Shown here piece after piece: positions 1 to 10,075 of a stretch of 64,000 nt of DNA. The translations under genes and the position numbers were made by a program. Origin of the DNA: Felis catus (lineage: Eukaryota); assembly GCF_018350175.1 (NCBI RefSeq), contig NC_058368.1, forward strand, positions 228,038,001-228,102,000, read 5' to 3'. The notes beneath the pieces were generated by a model. The model was not told the DNA's origin. It made no database searches and saw nothing but the letters and a program-made list of their open reading frames with translations. Each line of letters starts with the position of its first letter. Position 1 is the stretch's first letter.

Positions 1-189
1 TCAATTGGCTGTCATGAACCAGTAGGAGTTGGCTCCAGTTCTCCGGTGGCTTTGTTCCTGCCTGCCATGTCAGTCTGGTGGGATCAGTAGGAGTCAGTGG
101 AACAGTGAGGGGTGGACAACACTAAAATGGCTAGACTGCAGGATGAGTTAATTAGAGGTTGAGGAAATGCCCTTCTCCTTTTCCTTCCA

Positions 190-330
190 GCTAACATTTG
201 TTGAATATTTACCAGGTGTCAGTCTCATCTAAGTGGTTTTCATCTGTTATCTCATTTAATTTTCATGATGCCAGGAGGTAGATAATATTGTTCCTCCAAA
301 ATGGAGGCACAGAATGAGACAGTCACTTAA
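190..330 (-). mobile_element. MIR fragment
   Basis: Degenerate reverse MIR core (atctcatttaat...gaggcacaga); boundaries approximate. Confidence 0.5.
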
Positions 331-799
331 CTGATTCAGTCTTGGAGAGGTGAAATGCTTAACTCTACCCCTCTTCCTAATTCAGACATCTGGATTTGGG
401 ATCATGCGAGGGGAATAAACGAGTACAAGTTCTGAACTATAAGAAGCCCAGGTCAAACTGTTGTGTCATATTCAGGACCAGGAATGTCAAAACCTGGAGG
501 TTGAAAGAAAACGTCCTGGCTCAGTCTCCCAAGCAAAGTAGAGGGGCAGGAGTTTCAGTACTGGCCTTTTGGAAGTATCTCCTTCAGATTCTTGGCTTGG
601 AAGTTAATCTTAACGACGGCGTCCCACTCAGCCCGACAGCATTCTCAATCAAAGAAGAGTCATGAAGAAACCAGGGCAACTTGCTCTCCCTTATATATAA
701 TAGTTTTATCTATAATATGGTGGAAATTGGAGGGGGCTTATTTTTTTCACACTTAAAATTTCAGGCTAGATTTTGTTTGAAAACATTTTATTAAAAAAA

Positions 800-997
800 A
801 TTTTTTTTAACGTTTATTCATTTTTGAGAGACAGAGCATGAGTGGGGAAGAGGCAGAGAGGGAGACACAGAATCTGAAACAGGCTCCAGGCTCTGAGCTG
901 TCAGCACAGAGCCCTACGCGGGGCTCGAACTCAAACTGCGAGATCCTGACCTGAGCCGAAGTCGGACGCTCAACCGACTGAGCCACCCAGGCACCCC
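800..997 (-). mobile_element. Can-SINE (SINEC_Fc-like)
   Basis: Reverse complement of the GGGGTGCCTGGGTGGCTCAGTCGGTTGAGCG head, CT-rich segment and A-rich tail. Confidence 0.92.
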
Positions 998-1009
998 GCA
1001 AATGTTTTA

Positions 1010-1725
1010 TTTTAAATTGTGGTAATAACGTAGAATATAAAGTTTATCATCTTAATCGTTTTTAAGTAAACAGTTCAGTAGTGTGAAGTTTATTCATGCT
1101 GTTGTGTAACCCATCTTGAGATCTCTTCATCTTGCAAGACTGAAAATCGATACCATTAAACAACAACTCCCCCCTGCCTCTCCCAGCCCCTGGAATTCAC
1201 CATCCCACATTCTGTCTCTAAGAATTTGACTACTTTAGATGCCTTATATAAGTGGAATCCTACAGTATTTGTCTTTTTGTGACTGGCTTATTTTATTTAG
1301 CAAAATGTCCTTAAGGCTCACCCATGTTGTAGCCTGTGTCACAATTTCCCTTTTTAAGACTGAATGATATTATATCATATGTCTGTGCCACATTTTGTTT
1401 ATGCGTTCATCTGTTAATGAACAGTTGCGTTGTGTCCATCTTTTCACTACTGTGGATAATGCTGCTGTGAGGAGAGGTGTGCAAATATCTTTGCACGACC
1501 CTCCTTTCAATTCTTTTGGGTATATACCTGGAGTGGAATTTCTGGATCATGGAGGAATATATTAATATTATGAGAAATTCCCATACTGTTTTCATAGGGA
1601 CTGCACCATATTACATTCTCACCAAGGGTATACAAGTGTTTCAATTTCACCGCATCCTTGACATTTATCTTTTTCTTTCTTTTTTTTTTTTTGTTTTTTG
1701 ACAGTAGCCATGCTAATGGGCATGT
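1010..1725 (-). mobile_element. Old L1 (L1MA/MB-like) 3' end
   Basis: Typical reverse L1 3' UTR text (tataagtggaatcctacagtatttgtctttttgtgactggcttattt...). Confidence 0.8.
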
Positions 1726-1792
1726 AGATTTTATCCTTTTTCCTCCAATATGAATTTAAAACAGTGCTAGTGACTTTAAGAAAATTGCTTCT

Positions 1793-1996
1793 GGGGCTCC
1801 TGGGTGGCTCAGTCGGTTAAGCATCTGACTCTTGATTTCGGTTCAGGTCATGATCTCGCGGTTCATGAGTTCGAGTCCTATGTTGGGCTCTACACGGGCA
1901 TGGAGCCTGCTTGGGGTTCTCTCTGTCCCTCTCTATCAGCCCTTACCCAGCTCGCATGCACACACTTTCTCTCAAAATAAATAAATAAACATTTAA
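1793..1996 (+). mobile_element. Can-SINE
   Basis: ggggctcctgggtggctcagtcggttaagc head with A/B boxes; AATAAA tail. Confidence 0.92.
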
Positions 1997-2550
1997 AAAG
2001 ATTTTAAAAAGTGCTTCCACTGGTAGTAGGCCGGTTGGCAGACCTCTGGTTGTGTAGTGAACCTCATGGATGGGACTGAGTTCTGGACTAGTGTTGGATG
2101 GAATGTTCCATGATCATATGTGTTCTCATGGCATTTTCCAGTGATTACTCCAATTGAATATTAATTACCTCTAGTGTGTTAAATTAGGTTTTGAAAGGTT
2201 TGTTCTCCCTTCTGATCTGCAATTGAGTGAAAATGAATCACTATATTTATATCTGCTTTCAACAGCTCAACACTTTAGGAAATTAGCAAAAATGGAAGGA
2301 CAGTCTTTTCAAACATGTATGTAGCAAATATTTTGATGACTGATTGGATTCCTTCTTTGAACTACATTTTTATTATGGTGAGGCATTTACTCTCTCGTGG
2401 TTTTATTGGTTGAAAAATACATGACACCTTCTGTATGCTTTGCATTAGATGCAGTTTTATATGAAGAAGAAAGCTGATAGTAAATGCTGACTGAAATATG
2501 GTTTCTAATTCAGAACGGAGTTGTGACCTTGCCTTTTCTTTTTTTCACAG

Positions 2551-2635
2551 ATTGAAAGAATAGATCAGCTTTTTGTTGCTGGAGGTTTTCGTCACCTTAT
2601 ATTCTATTATCAGGACGTGGAGGTAGCAGATACAG
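2551..2635 (+). CDS. DNAH5: DNAH5 exon ~3 (85 nt)
   Basis: ttttcacag|ATT...ACAG|gtatcc; [28 protein letters not shown](G). Confidence 0.93.
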
Positions 2636-5603
2636 GTATCCGAATTTTTTTTTTTTTATTTTAATTTTTTTTTTTCCAACGTTTATTTATTTTTGGGACA
2701 GAGAGAGACAGAGCATGAACGGGGGAGGGGCAGAGAGAGAGGGAGACACAGAATGGGAAACAGGCTCCAGGCTCTGAGCCATCAGCCCAGAGTCTGACGC
2801 GGGGCTCGAACTCACAGACCGCGAGATCGTGACCTGGCTGAAGTCGGACGCTTAACCGACTGCGCCACCCAGGCGCCCCAGGTATCCGAATTTGATGCGA
2901 CGTAAGCCAGAAACGTGTTGCCAGATTCATCTGAGGACGGCTTGAAGCAGAAAGCCACTCTCAGAGCTGACAAGGCCCCTTACATCCACGCTGGGAGATG
3001 GGACGAATGGGCAGCGGTGAGGTGTGGTGGGTGAGGCCAAGGTGCTGTTTTGTTCTCAAGGAAAAGGGACGGATGATGATGGCTGTCTAGCCTGGTTGTT
3101 CTAACTTCATTTGAGATGTTTTGCTTTCCTTTTCAGGCTGTGCTGGTAATTGAGGAATAATAAAGTAGTTTACATTTTGAGACTTCTTTTCCTTACATCC
3201 TAGTTCATTCTATGCAGTGATGTTCTAGAACTTTTTATGGGCATCTGTTTCTTTTCTATATAGGCACCATTTATTTTTAACAGAGGAATTGTTGCCAATA
3301 AGCATAATGAGTTGTCTAGTTAAATATCACATTATGTTTATTTTCTACCGACTATGATTCAAACGAGTAATGTGGAATGACAAGTTTAGTTATTTTCACT
3401 TGAGAAAATTTGCAAATCTTTGTGTGGATTCAACTGGCATCTCCCATTCTACGTTTATGTGGATTCATATAATTTTAAAGCCAAGCTAGGGGCACAAACA
3501 AATATATTATGATTATATTAAAATATTACATTCATCTTTTTATAACCTTTTTGAAGGGAAAATAGTTATTGCTGTTGGCATATAGTATGACTATGCTCTT
3601 TTGTTTAAAAACTGGGAAAATTATGCATGCATACTCTAAGTGATTGGGATTTTCCTAGAATTATTCTTCTGATATTTTGTGGTCAGAAAGTCCATTACAC
3701 TTTAAAAAAAATTTTTGTTTTAGTGTTTATTTTTTTTTTTGAGAGCGAGCGAGAGAGAGAGAGAGAGACAGAGTGTGAGCGGGGCAGGGGCTGAAAAAGA
3801 GGGAGATACAGAATCCAAAGCAGGCTCCAGGCTCTGAGCTGTCAGCACAGAACCCAACACGGGGCTTGAACCCACAAACCGTGAGATAGATCATTAGCTG
3901 AGCCAAAGTCAGACGCTTCACCAACTGAGCCACTGAGGCACCCAGAAAGTCCATTACACTTTGAACGAAAAATCAAAATAATACAGAAATTCCTAATTCT
4001 ATCCCAGTCTGACAAACATAAAGTCAAATGGGATGTTGAGTTATCTACAAAATGTGCACTGGGGTGGAGTTCAGGGTTCGCGTGTAAATGTGACCGTGAA
4101 CGAGGAAGGTTCACGGGATGTAAACATAATTTAATTTCGTTCCCCGCTCTCCCTTTAGACCTTTACCGTGGGACTGGCTTTAACCTTTTGACCTTGGATC
4201 AACACTGAGACCATTCCATGACTTTCCTGGATATTCTTAGATAGGAAATGTTCCTATGGTTGCTTCACATTACAAATACTGTCTCAGTGCAGAAACTAAA
4301 ACTATCCAGTTGATCAAAATGAATTGATCTAAAGTTAAATCTTCTTCACTGCTGGCTCGCCCACTTCCTTCCACCATCCCCCAAGGTTCCAAGCAGGGAC
4401 CGCTGAAGGTCAGTATTCACAGGAGGAGAGAAGCATATGGTCCTCCTCTGCTCCTTCAAGTTAACCTTCTGCTCCTGTCCACGTTGTGCAAACCACGGCT
4501 CTGGCTTGAGGTAGGGCAGGCACAAGAGGGACGAGGTGGCAGGAAAGCTTTTACTCGAGCGGCACTGGCACTGTCACAAGTTGGCTGACCTTGATTCCCC
4601 AGGCCCTTGCTCTTGTGGGCCCTGGGAGCGTTCGCTGCATATCCCACGGTGACGTGTTGTCCTCCCGGTGAGGCATATCTGCTGGTTATCTTTATTGGGC
4701 GGGTTCGCTGCCAAAGCCCCAGCACCAGTCTCTAGCCCGGCACCGTGGGGGCAGAACTTGGTTGCGTGGGGGGAGGTTCCTCCAAGAGGTTCTAATTGCA
4801 GGGTTTTAGGATTCAGCTTGCAGTCCACGTTCTTCCCCGGGTCCCTCCCTTGGCACTGTGCTCCCGCCCCTGATAACCTTGCTTGAGCTACCGATCTGCT
4901 TGGAGAGCTCCAACTTCCGTGGGCGGACAAGGGCACTGGTTCTCTCTGTGTGCGTAAATGGTCCACTCAATGAGCTACATGCTTCGACGACCGAAAATAA
5001 AATTTTCAAATAATAATAATGGTAATGCTTAGTGGCCTAGTGTTTTTGTGTGCTTTTCTAAGGGCTTCACATGTATTAACTCATTTAATCCTCACAACAA
5101 TTGCAGATGCTAGCTTCTAGGGATATTATTCGAATTTTTCAGATGAGAAGACTGAGGCACAGGAAGACTAGGTATCTTTCCCAAGGTCACATGGCCATGA
5201 AGTGCAGCGGAGGAGACTCACGCCTTGGGGTCTGACTCTAGAGCCCACGCCCTTCATCCCGTTGCTCTCCTGGCTCTACATTGTCCTGACTGTAGCACAA
5301 TACTGAGGGGGCTGCAGGGGTCTGGAGTTCTATAGTCAAAGCTAGTTTTTTGATCTCAACTCTTACCACCTGTTGGCTGTGACAGGGGACAGGCCACCGC
5401 TGCCTTTAAGGTTGTAGTGACTTTAATAATGTAGACAAGGTACCAAGCAGAGGAGCTGACACCCAGCACATGCAACAGGTACTGTCTCCCTCTTTGCCCC
5501 TCCCCCTTGCCTCTATTGTGGCCTGTTGTGGATGAAAATGACTATTGTCGCTTCAGCAAGAATCTGCTTTGGACCAAACTCTCTCATTCCTGTGCCTCTC
5601 GTT

Positions 5604-5646
<43 letters not shown>

Positions 5647-5662
5647 TTAATGTTTATTTATT

Positions 5663-5711
<49 letters not shown>

Positions 5712-6529
5712 CAGACAGAGTGTGAGCAGGGAAGGGGCAGAGAGAGAGAGAGACACAGAATCCGAAGCAGGCTCCAAGCTCCGAGCTATAAGCACAGAGC
5801 CCGACACGGGGCTCAAACTCACAAACTGGGAGATCTTGACCTGAGTTGAAGTCTGAGACTTAACTGACTGAGCTCCCCAGCCACCCCTCATTCCTGTTTT
5901 TTGCTGGAGCAACACTTTTTTGAAATGCACCTGTGATCTGGAAACAGTCACCTCCTTTTAGATCCTTTCAGGGCTCAGGCTAGAGATTGTCCAGGCAGCA
6001 GACCTTCCAGGGCACATGGATGAGTCAATGCGACACTATTTTAACAAGGAAACTCATTCCAAGAGACAACCATATGGACCGTAAGTAGCATTTGTGAAAC
6101 TAAAATTCTTTTGCATTTGTAGGACAACTTGGCTCTCCAGGAGGAGTGACTTCTCTTTCTGAAAAGATTAAAAAACCTAAGGTGTTTGTGACTGAGGGAA
6201 AAGATGTGGCTCTTACTGGAGTATGTGTGTTCTTCATCAGGACTGACCCTTCCAGAGCCATCACCCCTGAGAACATCCATAGGGTAAGGGGCCGGAGTAA
6301 TCCTTTACCCCAAATGACCCAAAATCATGTAAATTCTACAAAAAAAAAAAATCCTTCCCTATAGAGGTAACCACTGTTTTCATTAACTATCTAAAACTAC
6401 TTTCAAAGAAGTATTTCTAAAAGCATTCATAGCAAACAAGACATTTCCTTTAAATCTGTTGAGTTATAGGACTTAATATTCAGTTTGTTAACAAAAATTG
6501 ATATAACATTATGTATATGTATTTGCGTG

Positions 6530-6578
<49 letters not shown>

Positions 6579-9500
6579 TACAGTGAAGTCTTTCCTTTAA
6601 AAAATAATGGCCTGTACATTATTTACTTAATGGCAAATTTCGTACATTTAAAGTAAGGTTTGTAATAATGGATATATAATTTTTTTGTGTATGTGCAAAA
6701 TAAAGTGCATGTCTCCTCTGCCCTCGATGGGGGCATTATCTGCTTGGAGCAAGTAAACCGGTAGACGTTTCGCGTTCTGTTTATTTCAGGTCTTTATTTT
6801 GATGATTGCGATTTGGGGTAGTATAAAGCTTAGGTCTTAACCAGGGCATCAAAAAATAATTTACTGGATTGAGAAACTGAACATACAAACAAAGGCCAGA
6901 CCGCACGTAAAGCAGAATTTTGACCTGTAACTGGCAGCAACCTGTCCAGGGAGCAACCCCCTTATCTAGGAAACAATCCAGGGAGCCAGCCTGCACTGTC
7001 AGAGTCGCAGGAAGCCTGCGGGGCAGCCACACAAGAGTTGCTGTGACAAATTGGCCAGTAGTGCCAGCATTTGGTTCGTGACTGTCGGCTTCCCTAATTT
7101 TTGTCCGTACCCCCAGCCTATTTCCCTGGGGCCGGAGAAAGCCAAATATGCACCCCTCGCGGATCGCACAGGATGCCCCACTTCTAGGGACCGCCTCCAG
7201 GTCCCCCACACCAGCAGCCTCCAATCAGGACATGCCTGAAAGCTTCTCTTTCGTCCACTAGAAGGCTTTCCCGCTCCCTTGCCTGCTTTTAAGTGTCTTC
7301 TGAAATGCGGGTGATGGTGGCCGACTCATGCTATGGCAAGTTCCGAGTAAGCAGTTTTGCTTTTCTCATTTGGTTGGGCTTCATTGACCGATGCGGGATA
7401 TTTGGTTAATGAGCAGCATTCAGAAATGACTTAGTAGCTATGTTGCAATTGCAGATAATTTTTACAGCAGGGGATCTCCTGTGTTCCAGGAGGTGAGCTT
7501 TAATATGTTAGATACCGCGGATGGGGGCCTGCTCAACAGCGTGAGGCATTTGCTGTCGGACATCTTCATTCCTGCTCTCAGGGCCACGAGCCATGGCTGG
7601 GGCAAGCTCGAGGGTCTTCAGGAAGCATCCAGCATTCGGCAGGAGTTCTTGAGCTCTCTGGAAGGCTTTGTGGGCGTCCTGTCGAGCGCACAGGAGAGTT
7701 TGAAGGAGAAGGTAAGAATGAATAAGTTCTTCCTTCAAAAGTTATCAGATGGTGGACAAATCAACATGTAAGTGTGTAATGCTTCTGTTGGATGGTCTTA
7801 ATTCCTCTGCCTGGCAAATCTTGAAAAAATTTTATGGGCATTTTTATTGCCCCTCCCAGAGGTGGTGGTGGTAGCTAGATGTAGATTCTTACGGTTTGGA
7901 GTGATTAATGCATTGGAAGTGTTGGCCACGAAGGAGGGTTTCATTCAGTCACATCGCATGCTTGACTGCAAAGAGAAGTGTATGAAATGCTTGTGGCATC
8001 ACTGTTTGTCCTAGAAGGAAAGGAATCTGGACCCAGAGAGTGTGGAGAGTGTGTGCCCATGTGTGTGTGTGGGGGGGGGGGGGGCTGGGTGGTGGGTGGT
8101 GGGTGATGGGTAGGGATGGAGGGAATCCTGAAGATGAGAGAGAAGGAGAGAGCAGTTGACGTATCTGGAGGGAGTGGGTTGGGTCCTGCGGTTAAGCCTG
8201 TGACCAAAAGGGCCTTTAAGAATAAGTTTGGCAAATGTGAGATTTAGCTTCCTTAAAATGTGTGCAATCTACTGGAAGCCCGTGTTACACATTACTTGGG
8301 GCAGACGGTGGTGGATGCGAGACCGTGATGGCGATAGCCCCGATCAGGCACGAATGGGAGACAGAAATGTAGCCTGTGATACCAATGACGGTGTGTTACT
8401 CACTCCTCTTCAGAGGAGACTGAGAAGCATTGGGACCTATTGGGATATTGGGAGAGAGACATCAGGCTTTCTAGAGGATATGGAATAGGGGAGTGGAGTA
8501 ACTTTCATCCAGATGGGAGCGGGTTGATTCCACCTAATATCTGAGTTCTATGTGTAGTGAACTCTGATGCAGGCCTATATACTAAACCGCAAGCTGAAGC
8601 AAGTTAGATTGTTGTTCTACTTGAAAAAGCAGTGCTTTCATATGGTCCCATGTCATATTGTGGTCTAGGGATTAAAAAAAGTGGATGGATCTCCACATAG
8701 AAGGGAGGTAGTGCCGCTTCATGGAGAGCAGAGCCCTCCCCTGTAAAACCAAAGATGGCTCCAGAAGTGGCTGGTGGAAGATGCAGTGTGGCAGGGGGAG
8801 GGGTGGCGGCATGCTGGGAGGTTCCTCCAGGCTGGGGGCAGCGTGAGCAAGGGCACAGGGGAGCAGAGGCACGTGCCCGCCCTGGTGGGTTTTCAGAGCC
8901 CCGTCGGAGGGCAGCAAAGTGAAAAACAGAGTGGGGAGGCTAGGTTCTTGGAGGACGGAGAGGTGTCTCTGAGCTCCATGTAGATGGGACATAGCCCCAT
9001 AGAGCAGCGGTGGGCATGGGAGCCATCAGGTAAGGTTAGAGGCCATCAGGGCCAGAGGCCATCAGGTAAGGTTAGAGCTGGCAGGGCTTTATTAGGAAGC
9101 CAAGTGAAGGAAACGAGAAACCTTGAGGGGGCCATCCAGGGGTTACAGGGTCCCCTTGCAGCAGGCCCTCGTAGCAGGTGCTCTGACTCGCCCTATAGGC
9201 TTCTCTCTGCTGGTCTGAACTCAGCATCGGGTGTCCTTCACTCCCAGCCTGCACCATTCACCTGCCACATCTCCTAGTGAACTCTTTGGTTTTATCTCAG
9301 TTACCAAGAAGCCCTTAGGGCCTGGGCCTTGTGTTGTGGCTCCTTGACCATATGGGCATTTGAGGATGACAAATAACCACGCCCCTTCCTGCTGGTTCTG
9401 AACCAGTTGAGAGAAACGTACTAGCTCTGTTGTTGCTAAAGTGGGATTGGCCTGAAACTGGAATTTAGGCATTCACAATGCCAGGTGCACTTTCCCAGGA

Positions 9501-10036
9501 GAAAATGTCCTGAGCAAATATTGAGGTCCATTTATCTGTGTGCAAAAATGTGCTGAGTTTCTTTGTCAAGTCAAAATCCAGCACATCTCCTTCTCTGTCC
9601 TCTTCCTCCTTCCTCCCCTGAAATGAATCCATGTGTTTGCCATTAAACTTGCAAACTATATGGATGTTATTGGTTAAGGACACGAGAATCTTTTCATCTG
9701 GTTAGTTTCAAAAAAAGAATGTAATGCATTAGAAATTACCCTTCCCCCAGTCAATTACCTTGAAGCTCCCCCATGTTCTTTGGTTTCGTGAGTTGACTCT
9801 TTAATTTCTAAATTCCCTATAATTCCCAAAATTTGTGATATTATGACTCTCTCTCCTTAGTTCACTCTTTCTGTTTTATGACCCCAAATCTGCCCTCAGT
9901 CATCTCTAGTTCACAGGGAGGACTAAGCATTATGTATCACACTGCTTTCAGAGATCTTTCTTCAGGGAACAGGGTAGTTTAGAGAAAATTTTAAGATCCT
10001 TCTGACCCCGGGGATGAACCAGAAGTGTGTGTTTAC

Positions 10037-10075
<39 letters not shown>

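Noticed and set aside
1793..1880. tRNA-like A-box and B-box sequences at SINE heads
   Set aside because: These are the tRNA-derived Pol III promoters of Can-SINEs and run into CT-rich bodies and A tails; they are not tRNA genes.
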